Shown here: one piece after another, positions 9,501 to 18,939 of the stretch
How the letters are laid out: each line of letters starts with the position of its first letter
How positions within the stretch are numbered: position 1 is the first letter of the stretch
DNA from: an uncultured bacterium
Lineage (GTDB): Bacteria; Armatimonadota; Abditibacteriia; Abditibacteriales; Abditibacteriaceae
Direction of reading: 5' to 3'
Assembly (NCBI GenBank): GCA_963843795.1
Contig: CAWJLW010000006.1
Location: 1,054,001-1,118,000 of the forward strand
Length of the DNA stretch: 64,000 bases
The notes under the pieces: generated by a model
The model's input: the letters and a program-made list of their open reading frames with translations, nothing else
Told to the model about the DNA's origin: nothing
Database searches by the model: none
Made by a program: the position numbers and the translations under genes

Positions 9501-10181
9501 TTGGAAATTCGTGGCGCGGGCGATGTTTTGGGCTTGAAGCAAAGCGGCAGCATTAGCGCTGTCGGCTTTGAAATGTATACCGAAATGCTGCGCGAAGCTG
9601 TCTCGAATCTGCGTCAGGAACCTGTGATGCGGCGCGAAGAACTGCCCGAAGCCGACTTGCCGATTCCGGCATTTTTGCCCGACGGGTATGTGGAGCAGGA
9701 GCGCGACCGCTTAAATTTGTATCGCAAAATGTCGAACATCGAAAACGAGGACGATATTCAAAGTTTGCAAGAAGAACTGCGCGACCGCTTTGGCCCCCTG
9801 CCCGCGCCCGCGTTCAACCTGATTCGCATCCTGAAAGTTCGTTTAAATTTGCTCCATGCGCGAATGCGTGGCATCAACAAAAGCGAAGGCGAAGTTTTGG
9901 TGCGCCTCAAGCCCGGCGACCGTTTCGCCGATGAAGATATTTACGCCGTCAATAATCGCGTGAAAACTCTCAGCGATCAACGTTTGGCGCAACACGTCAT
10001 GCTACGTCCGTTGGACGGTTTCGCCATCGACACGCGCGTTTTGACTTCGACGCAAGTCTTGCGTTTGGCCGAAGAAGTTGTGCAAACCTTGGCCAATGTG
10101 CGTGCGCCAAGACTACTGGGCGCTGATGCGGCCAAAGAAGCGCGCCGCGAAAAGCGTCAGCGCGAAGCGGCGACGCGATAA
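6537..10181 (+). CDS. mfd: Transcription-repair coupling factor
   Basis: UvrB-like N-terminus, RID (GDYVVHINHGI), GDVGFGKT, DEEQRFG, SATPIPRT, QLRGRVGRS, TRCF C-terminus. Confidence 0.97.
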   Translation: MQLLDLLHSIPVLAQAELQLKPQNTLSLSGVPSPAWAVVAADLQKRSGRVLILVAPSEETAENSTNDLRAILENEGEDSVHVLWYPAPDRDRAGENADLNPATPQRLAALEALHNAARGDGDQSKALIIVCTITALAYPTLPPDIAQSGYDEIAVGQTLQREAFIEHLAATGYERVVQVEAPGQFAARGGLIDFFAPAEDEPLRVELFGEEIDSLRHFDVETQRSTEKIQHFRLSSPREIFLTAQSGAPVAEELRERLKEQTKRLRQQGEDDAAQNLETRITRDIERLEQGVYFADLELYAPLLYPQLPTLLDHLPTQSIVVWADPERADNHLGRVREDWLAANERHAETGEALRLPIALAEFEELRERACKYLPVEFHVGQADGENLEVHLPPAFSGKLDAFIEYIGSWTRRGRRAVISTSHARRVREILADGDVRHVHLLDAVNEVEDGAILILPQRLTAGFSLGDVLVLTDSEIFGWQPTQSRLNTKRRGKRGGEGKKKWSEKSSALTNLADLREGDYVVHINHGIARYGGVTRREVAGALNDYLQLEYDGEDRLYVPVGQLDRVQKYLGHDAVAPPLTSLKGGGWERAKKRVREEAERVAKELAALYAAREQAAKVPIGEDTPWQREMESAFPYEETPSQLTAIKDTKRDLEQDKPMDRLVCGDVGFGKTEVAVRAAFKVAQDGRQVAVLVPTTVLAQQHYQTFSERLAPYPIRVEVLSRFRTPGEARKVIEDVRLGAVDILIGTHRLLQNSLEFRDLGLVVVDEEQRFGVMQKEKLKEMRREVDILTLSATPIPRTLQFALGGMREISLINDPPIGRLPVRTVVSPFKDELIRGAIERELERDGQVYYVHNRIESIYHIAEKIRQLVPRARIGIGHGQMSDEDLEQVMLDFVHHRTEILLATTIIENGLDLPNVNTIIVDRAERLGLSQMYQLRGRVGRSSRQAYAYFLYGSRGRLSEVSENRFAAIQEHADLGAGFKIAMRDLEIRGAGDVLGLKQSGSISAVGFEMYTEMLREAVSNLRQEPVMRREELPEADLPIPAFLPDGYVEQERDRLNLYRKMSNIENEDDIQSLQEELRDRFGPLPAPAFNLIRILKVRLNLLHARMRGINKSEGEVLVRLKPGDRFADEDIYAVNNRVKTLSDQRLAQHVMLRPLDGFAIDTRVLTSTQVLRLAEEVVQTLANVRAPRLLGADAAKEARREKRQREAATR

Positions 10182-10210
10182 AACGTGTTGCAAGTACTTG
10201 CAGCACGTTT
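10181..10210. repeat. Extended palindrome centred on TGCAAGTACTTGCA (terminator-like)
   Basis: AAACGTGTTGCAAGTACTTGCAGCACGTTT, with one T.G mismatch. Confidence 0.75.
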
Positions 10211-10256
10211 AACAGTTAAGATTGTTTCATGCCGATAAATACGGGAAACTCTGACC

Positions 10257-11348
10257 ATGTTTGATTATTTAATTGTCGGTGCCGGTTTCGCCGGTAGCGT
10301 ATTGGCCGAGCGCCTCGCGCGCGATTCCAATAAAAAAGTTCTGATTTGTGATAAACGTCCGCACATCGCGGGTAATGCCTTTGATAAACACAATTCTCAT
10401 GGCATTTTGGAACACGTCTACGGCCCGCATATTTTTCACACTAATTCGCGCGAAGTTTTCGATTATTTGAGCCGTTTTACGCAGTGGCGACAGTATCAGC
10501 ACCGCGTTTTGGCCAATGTCGATGGGCAACTGGTGCCGATGCCGATCAATCTTGATACCATCAATCAACTTTACGGATTGAATTTGGATTCCAGCCAGGT
10601 CGAAGATTTCCTCGCCGCGCGCGCGGAAAAACCGGATTCAATTCGTACCAGCGAAGATGTGGTCGTCGCCAAAGTTGGGCGCGAACTTTACGAAAAATTC
10701 TTTCAAGGTTACACGCGCAAACAATGGGGGCTTGACCCGAGTGAACTCGATGCCAGCGTGACTTCGCGCGTGCCCACGCGCACCAATCGCGATGGACGTT
10801 ATTTCACTGACACTTATCAAGCGATGCCATTGCACGGCTTCACGCGAATGTTCGAGAATATGTTGGATCATCCCAATATCAAAGTTCTGTTGAATTGCGA
10901 TTACCGCGAAGTGAAAAATTATATTCCACATAAAGCGATGATCTATAGCGGGCCGATAGACGAGTTTTTCGATTTGCGTTATGGCAAATTGCCTTATCGT
11001 TCGTTAAATTTTCAATTTGAAACCCACGATACAGAACGTTATCAATGTGCGCCAGTAATTAATTATCCGAACGATTACGCGTATACACGTATCACCGAAT
11101 TCAAATACTTGACTGGACAAGAACACCGCAAAACGACAACGGTTGCAGAGTTTCCCACCAGTGAAGGCGATCCGTATTATCCGATTCCGCGTCCGGAAAA
11201 TGCCACGTTGTATAAGCAGTATCAAGACTTGATGGATAGCGAAAAGAATGTGCATTTCGTGGGTCGTCTGGCAACTTACAAATATTACAATATGGATCAG
11301 GTCACCGCCCAAGCATTGAGTCTCTACAAAAAAATCAAGGCGCAATAA
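10257..11348 (+). CDS. glf: UDP-galactopyranose mutase
   Basis: IVGAGFAG, IAGNAFD, YGPHIFHT, YTRKQWG, PYYP, GRLATYKYYNMDQV. Confidence 0.96.
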   Translation: MFDYLIVGAGFAGSVLAERLARDSNKKVLICDKRPHIAGNAFDKHNSHGILEHVYGPHIFHTNSREVFDYLSRFTQWRQYQHRVLANVDGQLVPMPINLDTINQLYGLNLDSSQVEDFLAARAEKPDSIRTSEDVVVAKVGRELYEKFFQGYTRKQWGLDPSELDASVTSRVPTRTNRDGRYFTDTYQAMPLHGFTRMFENMLDHPNIKVLLNCDYREVKNYIPHKAMIYSGPIDEFFDLRYGKLPYRSLNFQFETHDTERYQCAPVINYPNDYAYTRITEFKYLTGQEHRKTTTVAEFPTSEGDPYYPIPRPENATLYKQYQDLMDSEKNVHFVGRLATYKYYNMDQVTAQALSLYKKIKAQ

Positions 11349-11387
11349 AAACGTTCTGCAAGTACTTGCGGGCAACGTTTGAACAAA

Positions 11388-12110
11388 ATGGCGAAAAAAA
11401 TTGGGTTGTTTGAAACCGTAGAAGTCGATGAGAAGTTGCGCGAACGCGCCTTACTGGTTTACGAACGCTTGTTGGAATTGCACGGCGAAATTGAACTGGT
11501 GCCGCGGCGAGAGCCGATGCACGAGCTGATTTCGACAATGCTTTCGCACCGCACGACCGAGCACAATGAAGCCTTGGCTTATGCGCAAATGTGGGAAGCA
11601 TTTGGCTCTTGGGAAGCAATTCGCGATGCGCAAACGAGCGATTTGGCCGCCGCGATTGCGCCCGCAAATTATCCCGAAGCCAAAGCCTCTAACATTCAGA
11701 AAACTTTGAAGCAGATAATTGACGAACGCGGCGCGCCTGATATCGAATTTCTGCGCGAGTTATCCAATGAAGATGCGATGCAATGGCTGGTCAATTTGCC
11801 AGGTGTCGGCGTGAAAACGGCAACTTTGGTGCTGCTGTTTTGTTTTCATAAAACCGTGATTCCTGTTGATACGCATTTGCATCGTGTGTGCGGGCGCATT
11901 GGTTTAATCGGACCAAAGGTTTCGGCAGAAACAGCGCACGCGATTTTGTTGCAACTGCTGCCGCACGACGCTTATGTGCTTTATAACTTTCATATCGCGA
12001 TGTTAAGGCATGGACAGAAAATTTGTGTGTGGAAAAATCCGCGCTGTGAAAAATGTAATTTGCGCGAAATTTGCGATTGGTATCGGGAAAATCGCCAAAA
12101 CGAGGCTTGA
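11388..12110 (+). CDS. nth: Endonuclease III family DNA glycosylase
   Basis: HhH LPGVGVKTA, VDTH, C-X6-C-X2-C-X5-C Fe-S motif. Confidence 0.85.
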   Translation: MAKKIGLFETVEVDEKLRERALLVYERLLELHGEIELVPRREPMHELISTMLSHRTTEHNEALAYAQMWEAFGSWEAIRDAQTSDLAAAIAPANYPEAKASNIQKTLKQIIDERGAPDIEFLRELSNEDAMQWLVNLPGVGVKTATLVLLFCFHKTVIPVDTHLHRVCGRIGLIGPKVSAETAHAILLQLLPHDAYVLYNFHIAMLRHGQKICVWKNPRCEKCNLREICDWYRENRQNEA

Positions 12111-12122
12111 GTGAGATGTTCC

Positions 12123-12150
12123 AAGCCACTGCAAGTACTTGCAGTGGCTT
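12123..12150. terminator. Perfect 28-bp palindrome centred on the iterated motif; terminator-like
   Basis: AAGCCACTGCAAGTACTTGCAGTGGCTT followed by TT. Confidence 0.7.
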
Positions 12151-12201
12151 TTGCATGGTATTTTTCGCATAGTCGAATTGTGACAGACTGCGACGCACGA
12201 A

Positions 12202-13866
12202 ATGGCAAACTATCCAACGATTCCCGAACGTGTCGGGCCGTATGAGATTCGTGAACGCATTGGCGAAGGTGGCATGGCGGTGGTTTATCGCGCGTGGCAC
12301 AGCGGCCTGCATCGTTTCGAGGCGCTCAAGGTTCCGCGTCCGGGCTACGGCGATAGCGAGTATGTCCAGCGTTTGCTATCCGAAGCGCGCATGGCGGCGC
12401 GCCTCCATCATCCCAATATTGTAGCAATTCATTCGATCAGCGAAAGCGACGCCAAGCAGCATTTTTTCGCGATGGATTTAATTGATGGCGTCGATCTCGA
12501 AACCCTGTTGGAAAACCGCACTTTGCTGCCGCCCACCGAAGCGTTGGGCATCGTGCGGCAGATCGCGAGCGCATTGGATTACGCGCACGCGCAGGGCGTG
12601 ATTCATCGTGACATCAAGCCGGGCAACATCCTGTTGCAAGAACATCCCGAACGATTGCTGTCCGAACGCTGGACAGTGAAAGTGGTTGACTTTGGAATTT
12701 CGCGCGCTGCCGAAGATATCGACGGCACGCGATTGACCAAAAATGGAATGCTGGTCGGCACTCCTGAATATATGAGCCCCGAACAAGCGGGCAGCGGCGA
12801 AATTGTCGATTATCGCACCGATTTGTATTCGCTGGCAGTTGTGACTTACGAGATGTTGACGGGAAGCCCACCGTTTTTAGCGGGCGATGGCGTGAGTCGG
12901 ATGTCGATTTTGATGTCGCACGTCGCACATCCACCGCGTCCGCCACGCGAAATTGTACCAGAAATTTCGCCCGCGCTTAACGATGCGATTTTGTATGCGA
13001 TGGGCAAAAAGCCCGCAGATCGCTTTGTCAACGCCAAAGCCTTTCTGCGCGCCGCTGAAGCCACCCCCAAAAAAGCTCTGCCCGTGGAAACGCTTCAAAT
13101 TCCTCCGATAGAAAGCGAAGATAGAAAATCCGGTCACTTTCCAGTTGCACAATCGCCACTTTCATCACGAGCTGTTACGCCGACTGCGTTTGAAGCTTCC
13201 TTGAAAGCCCCTAAAGACGGCCCATATTCGTCGTCTGTTGCAGCACCTCTGGCCCACACAGCGCAAAGTCGCAATTTATTCTTTGCCATTATGCTGGGTA
13301 CTGGCATTGTGTGCGCGCTATTGTGGTCGCTGATGCAAAACCGTATTCCCTCACGTTCGCAAATCGCGCCCGTCACGCTCTCGGCGACCGCTACGCCTGA
13401 GGCATCAACGCTGGTTAGCGAAGAGACACCTGATGCGCCCAAAACTCCGCAGGCAACTGCAATGCCGCAGGCGACAGCAACACCACAAACTGTGACGCGC
13501 AAGGTAGTGGAAAAGCGTCCAATTGCATTCGAACACCAAACGCGTCGCACATCGGCTTTGCTACGCGGCCAAACGCGTGTAGTGCAAACTGGTCGCGCGG
13601 GAGTGCGCGAAGTGACTTTGCAAATTGTCACGCGCGGCAGCGGCAAAAATTTGCGTGAAATTTCGCGTCGCGTTATCGCACAACGCGTTTTGAGTGCTCC
13701 GCGCGCGCAAATTACCCAAATCGGCACGCAAGCGCCGCGTCGTCCGGCCCGAGTGACTAGCCCGCGGCGCGAGCCCCGACGTCCGGTAACGCGACCCAAA
13801 ACAAAAACTCATCCCAAAACCAGTGTCAAAGTGCGCCGGCCCCGCGAAGCGCCGTTGCCGCCGTAA
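12202..13866 (+). CDS. Hanks-type Ser/Thr kinase with one TM helix and C-terminal G5-like domain
   Basis: GEGGMAVVY, ALK, HRDIKPGN, DFG, GTPEYMSPE; TM LFFAIMLGTGIVCALLWSL; G5-like IAFEHQTR...VVQTGRAG...QIGT. Confidence 0.9.
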   Translation: MANYPTIPERVGPYEIRERIGEGGMAVVYRAWHSGLHRFEALKVPRPGYGDSEYVQRLLSEARMAARLHHPNIVAIHSISESDAKQHFFAMDLIDGVDLETLLENRTLLPPTEALGIVRQIASALDYAHAQGVIHRDIKPGNILLQEHPERLLSERWTVKVVDFGISRAAEDIDGTRLTKNGMLVGTPEYMSPEQAGSGEIVDYRTDLYSLAVVTYEMLTGSPPFLAGDGVSRMSILMSHVAHPPRPPREIVPEISPALNDAILYAMGKKPADRFVNAKAFLRAAEATPKKALPVETLQIPPIESEDRKSGHFPVAQSPLSSRAVTPTAFEASLKAPKDGPYSSSVAAPLAHTAQSRNLFFAIMLGTGIVCALLWSLMQNRIPSRSQIAPVTLSATATPEASTLVSEETPDAPKTPQATAMPQATATPQTVTRKVVEKRPIAFEHQTRRTSALLRGQTRVVQTGRAGVREVTLQIVTRGSGKNLREISRRVIAQRVLSAPRAQITQIGTQAPRRPARVTSPRREPRRPVTRPKTKTHPKTSVKVRRPREAPLPP

Positions 13867-13955
13867 GATGCTGGCATTTTAAGCGTCGGTGGGTTGCCTG
13901 CAAGTACTTGCGGGGCATACTGGAAAGCGTTGTGCGATATTTGTGCTTTCTGAAT

Positions 13956-15293
13956 ATGAAAAGAATCTATCTATTCCACCGTCTTTTGTGCGCCGCAATC
14001 ACGGGTTGCTTTACTTTTGCACCTTATGGCTTTTGTGGCCCGCGTGCCGCGGCCCAAATTCCGCCTGCACAGGTCTCACCGCAACGCGCGCGCGCCATCG
14101 AATTGGTAAGTCGCGCGGCGCAAAGTTTCGTGGCCAAGCGTTACGCAGAAACCGTGAATTTGTGCCGTGAGGCGATCAATTCCGACGCCAAATACGTGCG
14201 CTCGTATACGTGGCTGGGCGCGGCGCAGCAGAAATTGGGACGCTCTGAATTGGCGCGCGCCGCTTACGAACGTGTGCTTGCCCTCGCGCCAAAAAGTTCC
14301 GATGCGACACGTGCGCGTCGTGGTCTGCGCGAACTGCCGCCGCGTCGTCAGGCCAGCACGGCTTCTCCAATTACTCGCTCTTCCCGTTCGCAACCGTACA
14401 TTGCGTTTCGTTTGAGCGTTCACGGCTCGGATACGCGCGCCTTAGCGTGGTCGCCTGACGGGCGCACATTGGCTGCGGGCGGGCAAGATAAAATCGTTCA
14501 TTTATGGGATGTAAAAACTCGGCGGGTTCTGGGCGCGTGGAAAGGTCATAACGACGTAGTAAGCGCGTTGGCGTGGTCGCCCGATGGCCGCAAATTGGCT
14601 TCGGGCAGTTTCGACAACACGGTGCGCGTGTGGGAGTTCAACTCTGCCAGGCGGGCGCAGCGCGGGCAGTTTCAGCGCTTTCAAGGCGATGGTTTCGATT
14701 TTGACTCGCTTGCGTGGTCGGAAAACGGGAGCATTCTGGCGGGTGGTGCCGGTAATGGACGCGTTTGGTTGTGGAACATCGGGAAAGGCGGCGATTTGTT
14801 GAATATCGTTGCCGGTCATCGCGGCGCGGTGCTATCCCTTTCGTTTGGTCAAGTCGATAAACGCGCGGTCTTGCTATCGAGTGGTTTTGGTGGCGCGACG
14901 TTTTTGTGGGATGTAAAAAGTGGCAAGCCGTTGGAAACAGTGACGCGCGGCAGTGGCGCTTTGGCAGCCCTCAGCGGCGATAGTCGCATTTTCGCTATCG
15001 GCAGTGGCGACGAAATCAGCCTGCTTTTGACGAAAAACGCGGTTTATCGCCGCGCTTTTAAGGCATCGAAAAGTTCGGTGTCGGCGCTGATGTTCGCGCC
15101 GGTGGGAAGCTGGTTGGCAGCCGGTTCTTACGAAGGCACCGCGCGTTTGTGGGATTTGGCGGGCAAACGCGAACCTCGCGTTTTGAAAGGGCAGGGCAGC
15201 GCTGTGCGCGCGTTGGCATGGTCGCCCGATGGACAAATGCTGGCGGTTGGTAGCAACGATCAAGTCATCGAAGTCTGGCGCGTTGGCAAGTGA
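13956..15293 (+). CDS. Probably exported TPR + WD40-repeat protein
   Basis: Signal-like N-terminus, TPR-like helices (YTWLGAA...AYERVLAL), repeated ALAWSPDG..LA.G..D..V..WD units. Confidence 0.85.
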   Translation: MKRIYLFHRLLCAAITGCFTFAPYGFCGPRAAAQIPPAQVSPQRARAIELVSRAAQSFVAKRYAETVNLCREAINSDAKYVRSYTWLGAAQQKLGRSELARAAYERVLALAPKSSDATRARRGLRELPPRRQASTASPITRSSRSQPYIAFRLSVHGSDTRALAWSPDGRTLAAGGQDKIVHLWDVKTRRVLGAWKGHNDVVSALAWSPDGRKLASGSFDNTVRVWEFNSARRAQRGQFQRFQGDGFDFDSLAWSENGSILAGGAGNGRVWLWNIGKGGDLLNIVAGHRGAVLSLSFGQVDKRAVLLSSGFGGATFLWDVKSGKPLETVTRGSGALAALSGDSRIFAIGSGDEISLLLTKNAVYRRAFKASKSSVSALMFAPVGSWLAAGSYEGTARLWDLAGKREPRVLKGQGSAVRALAWSPDGQMLAVGSNDQVIEVWRVGK

Positions 15294-15345
15294 AATGGCG
15301 CTGCGATTCGCTGCAGGTACTTGTAGTACACCAAATAAAATTTCT

Positions 15346-16902
15346 ATGAAAATTTTTTCTGTGTATCGAGGTCGTGAATCTACCCATAGTTTTGAAATCC
15401 AAGATTCTGGTACTTTCCAGCTTGTGCTGGGCCGTCCGCGCACCGGTACGCCTGCGCCCGACTTCGATTTAACGCCGGATTACACCGTTTCGCGTCCGCA
15501 CGCGCGCATTTTTGCGCGCGACAACGCACTTTTCATCGAAGATTTGGGTTCAACCCACGGCACGCGCTTGAACGAGCGCGAAATCAAAGCCTGCGGTCCG
15601 CAGCGCTTGAAACCGGGCGATTATGTGCGCGTGGGTGAAACGCTTTTGCGCATTAACGAACAATTGGAAATCGGCGAGCCGGGTGTTGAAATCGGTCAGG
15701 TTTTGGACGCAGCTTTGAGCGTGCCGAGCTTAATTGCGCCCGAAGGCGGCGACCGAGAAGCAGCGCGGCGTTACGCGCTGATTTGTGATTTGCCGCTGCA
15801 ATTTGCGCGCGAAAGTCGGTTGGAAGAACTTTTGCAAACTATCGTGCGTTGTGCCGTGGAAGTGATTCCCGAAGCGGCGCGCGGCGCGTTGGTGCTGCGC
15901 GAACGCGGATTTGAACGTCCTAACCAACCGGTTGCCAGCAGTGAGGAAGGCTCGCTGATGCCGCAAGCGTATTTTCCCACCGATGGTCCTCCGGTAGTGA
16001 GTCGGACGCTGGCGCGCCGCGCGATTCGCGGGCAGGAAAGTTTCATCTGGCGGCGCGGCGAAGAAGGCGGTAATGTCGAAAGCGGTTCGATTATTCGTTA
16101 TCAAATCGAAACTGGAATGTATGCGCCGCTGATGTGGCAGGGCCGCGCTCTCGGCGCGATTTGTCTGGATAATCCGCATGCCGACAACGCGTTCTCTCGC
16201 GACGATTTGCGTTTGCTGTTGATGCTGGCTCAATACGCGGCGATGGCGGTCGCCAATCAACAATTGCAAGAAGATTTGAGGCAGGCGTGGGCGGGCACCC
16301 TGGACGCCTTGACTTCGGCGCTTGCGACGCGCGATTCCGATACGCAAGCGCATTGTTACCGGACCGTCGAACTTGCGGTTTCATTGGCGCGCGCGATGAA
16401 GCTGCCTACCGATGAAGTCGCTGCGATTGCGCGCGGCGCGCTGCTGCACGACATCGGAAAAATTGGCATTTCCGATACGATTCTCCTCAAACCCGGCAAG
16501 CTGACCACCGAGGAACGCACCGAAATGCAGCGCCATTCGCGTTTGGGTCACGATATGTTGTTGCATATTCCATTTTTCTCCGATGCGCTGCCAATCGTAC
16601 TTCATCACCATGAATCCTACGATGGTAACGGTTATCCCGAGCGTTTGTGCGGCGAAGATATTCCACGCGGTGCGCGCATTTTTCATGTCGTCGATTTATA
16701 CGATGCCTTGACGCAGGAACGTCCTTACAAAGCCGCGTGGAGCCACGAAGATGCGATGAAAGAATTGAAAAATTTGGCGGGCAAGCATTGCGATCCCGAA
16801 GTTGTGGAAGCGCTTTGTTCCCTTGAACCCGAAGAATTTGAAACTATTCGCGCGCGCACCGATTTTCCACCCGGCATTCGCGAATTACTGGCGCAAGTTT
16901 AA
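15346..16902 (+). CDS. FHA-GAF-HD-GYP protein (putative cyclic-dinucleotide phosphodiesterase)
   Basis: FHA (LGR, VSRPHA, DLGSTHGT), GAF (APL...LGAI.LD...FSRDDL), LLHDIGK, HHESYDGNGYP, DLYDALT.ERPYK. Confidence 0.9.
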   Translation: MKIFSVYRGRESTHSFEIQDSGTFQLVLGRPRTGTPAPDFDLTPDYTVSRPHARIFARDNALFIEDLGSTHGTRLNEREIKACGPQRLKPGDYVRVGETLLRINEQLEIGEPGVEIGQVLDAALSVPSLIAPEGGDREAARRYALICDLPLQFARESRLEELLQTIVRCAVEVIPEAARGALVLRERGFERPNQPVASSEEGSLMPQAYFPTDGPPVVSRTLARRAIRGQESFIWRRGEEGGNVESGSIIRYQIETGMYAPLMWQGRALGAICLDNPHADNAFSRDDLRLLLMLAQYAAMAVANQQLQEDLRQAWAGTLDALTSALATRDSDTQAHCYRTVELAVSLARAMKLPTDEVAAIARGALLHDIGKIGISDTILLKPGKLTTEERTEMQRHSRLGHDMLLHIPFFSDALPIVLHHHESYDGNGYPERLCGEDIPRGARIFHVVDLYDALTQERPYKAAWSHEDAMKELKNLAGKHCDPEVVEALCSLEPEEFETIRARTDFPPGIRELLAQV

Positions 16903-16908
16903 AGTCAG

Positions 16909-16940
16909 AAAAGGCGCTGCAAGTACTTGCAGCGCCTTTT
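16909..16940. terminator. Perfect 32-bp motif-centred palindrome; bidirectional terminator between convergent genes
   Basis: AAAAGGCGCTGCAAGTACTTGCAGCGCCTTTT. Confidence 0.8.
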
Positions 16941-16958
16941 TTGCTATTTGCTAGCTTT

Positions 16959-17240
16959 TTAAACCCGCCGCCGTCGATTCAAAATTAAACGCAAAACCGT
17001 GACGAAAAGCGCGCCGCCCAGCACCGACCACACAACGGGAAAGTTTGTGCCTCCGACGTTCACTGTCAGAAAATCGGGCAGCTTGAAAGCGTCTCGCATC
17101 CAGCGTCCGATAAACGCGCCCACGAAACCAACCACGATGCTCATGAAACAGCCGCCCGGCGAGTAGCCGCCAATCGCTTCACCAATCGCACCAATAATCG
17201 CCGCTACCAGCAGTAAAACCAAAAATTCGCCGATATTCAT
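16959..17240 (-). CDS. GlsB/YeaQ/YmgE family small membrane protein
   Basis: 93 aa, three hydrophobic helices, SIVVGFVGAFIG and SVLGGAL patterns. Confidence 0.8.
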   Translation of the reverse strand: MNIGEFLVLLLVAAIIGAIGEAIGGYSPGGCFMSIVVGFVGAFIGRWMRDAFKLPDFLTVNVGGTNFPVVWSVLGGALFVTVLRLILNRRRRV

Positions 17241-17353
17241 AATTCTCCCTCACCGTTATCTACTGCAAGTACTTGCAGGCCGTAAACTTTTCCGTCGCAC
17301 AGTTCGATTGCAGGAAAAATGCCCGAATATTGTTATTTGGGTTTCGCTAGAGT

Positions 17354-18871
17354 TCACGCGTGTTTGCGTTCGGCATCCAAAGGTGCGCGCCCGTAAATCT
17401 GCTCGTATAGCGCGTTTTGACGTTCCAATGCGCGCTCGTAACGCTGCGTCTGCGCGTGAACGGGTTGCAAGGTTTGGCCGCGCGCGGCGGGAACATCGGC
17501 TAAATCTTTTATTAAACCCAACGTTTCTAACGCTAACAGCGCCGCGCCGCGCGCCGAACCTTCTTTTTCGCGGCTTTCGATCAGGTCGCGGCCCAGCACA
17601 TCGCACATGATTTGCGCCCACGCGGGTGACGCATCCAGGGCGCCGCCGCTGTAGATGATCGGCACTTCGTCTTCTAAACCGGCCTCACGCATTGCCGCGC
17701 GCAACGCATCGGCGATAACCCGAAAACGCAACGATGCGCCTTCAAGATAAGCGCGCAGCATTTCCAAGCTTGTTGTGTCCAGCGTCGCACCCGCCAGCGC
17801 CGCATGAGCGCGCGCGTTCCACAGAGGCGAGCGTTCGCCCGCCAGAAACGGCAACACGTCCAGACCATGCGCGACCTGTTGATTTTGAGCGGGACGCGCC
17901 AATTGCGCATCCCAATCGGCGGGCAATTTCAAAGTATTTAATGCCCATTGCAACACATTGCCCGCATTGGAAAGCGCGCCGCCCATCACGACACGATTTC
18001 TATCAACGCGATACCGCCATAAGCCGCGCGGCGCCGCGTCCTGCCAATTTTTCAAAACGATGCGCAGCGCGCCCGAAGTGCCGCAGTTCATCACAATTTG
18101 GCTCGCATCAATGCCGCCGCTGCCGATGTTGGAACACGCGCCATCGCCCAGCGCGGGAAACCAACGGGCGTTTTTCAATTGCGGCCAGCGGCTTTGATAT
18201 TTTTCGTGCAACGCGGGTATAGCATCAGCGGCGTCGCATAATGGCGACAATTGTTCGCGTAATATAGGCAACGCGGCAAGAACTTGCGTATCCCAATCGC
18301 ACGAATTTTGGTCGAACAAGCCGGTACCCGAAGCCATTGATAAGCTGACGCGCGCTGCTCCAGTCAATTGCAGCGCCAAGTATTCGCCGAACGACATCCA
18401 ACGCACATTTTTAGAATTGAAAAGCGTGGGCTGCGTGGCTTGCAACCACAGCAATTTCGCGGGCCAATACGAAGGATGAAACACGCAACCGGTGCGCGCA
18501 TGAACTTCGATAGCATCTAAAGCGGCGTGCAATGGCTCGACCCAAGGAGCGGCGCGATTGTCGGCCCACGAATAAACCGGCGTGAGTGCGCGATGGTTGT
18601 CATCAACGGCCAAAATCGAATGCCAGAAACACGAGCACGCCACGCCTACGATTTGTATGTTTTGGTTGTCGCGTAATAGTTCATCAATGCAGCGCAGTGT
18701 GAGATGGCACAGTTCCTCCGCGTCGGTCTGGACGCCACCATCGGGCGTCGTTGTGTTGTGATAGGAATGTTGCGCAGTCTGGCCAACACTGTAACCTTGC
18801 GTATCGAAAAGCAAAGCGCGCGTGGACGAAGTGCCGATATCGAGGGCGAGAATGTGAGATGGAGTGGACAC
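17354..18871 (-). CDS. FGGY family carbohydrate kinase, gluconokinase-like
   Basis: LDIGTSS, SCFWHS, WADNRA, ASGTGL, GDGACSNIGSG, GTSGALR, FLAGERSP. Confidence 0.88.
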   Translation of the reverse strand: MSTPSHILALDIGTSSTRALLFDTQGYSVGQTAQHSYHNTTTPDGGVQTDAEELCHLTLRCIDELLRDNQNIQIVGVACSCFWHSILAVDDNHRALTPVYSWADNRAAPWVEPLHAALDAIEVHARTGCVFHPSYWPAKLLWLQATQPTLFNSKNVRWMSFGEYLALQLTGAARVSLSMASGTGLFDQNSCDWDTQVLAALPILREQLSPLCDAADAIPALHEKYQSRWPQLKNARWFPALGDGACSNIGSGGIDASQIVMNCGTSGALRIVLKNWQDAAPRGLWRYRVDRNRVVMGGALSNAGNVLQWALNTLKLPADWDAQLARPAQNQQVAHGLDVLPFLAGERSPLWNARAHAALAGATLDTTSLEMLRAYLEGASLRFRVIADALRAAMREAGLEDEVPIIYSGGALDASPAWAQIMCDVLGRDLIESREKEGSARGAALLALETLGLIKDLADVPAARGQTLQPVHAQTQRYERALERQNALYEQIYGRAPLDAERKHA

Positions 18872-18893
18872 AAGAATGGATTTTAACGCAACA

Positions 18894-18923
18894 AAACGCC
18901 CTGCAAGTACTTGCAGGGCGTTT
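18894..18923. repeat. Perfect 30-bp motif-centred palindrome
   Basis: AAACGCCCTGCAAGTACTTGCAGGGCGTTT. Confidence 0.8.
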
Positions 18924-18939
18924 GATGAGAAAACTGAAT

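Noticed and set aside
12123..12150. Motif as a cloning linker or assembly artefact
   Set aside because: In-gene copies keep reading frames intact, copies prefer intergenic gaps, and natural-looking variants and site-specific arms exist. Read-level confirmation is still advisable.
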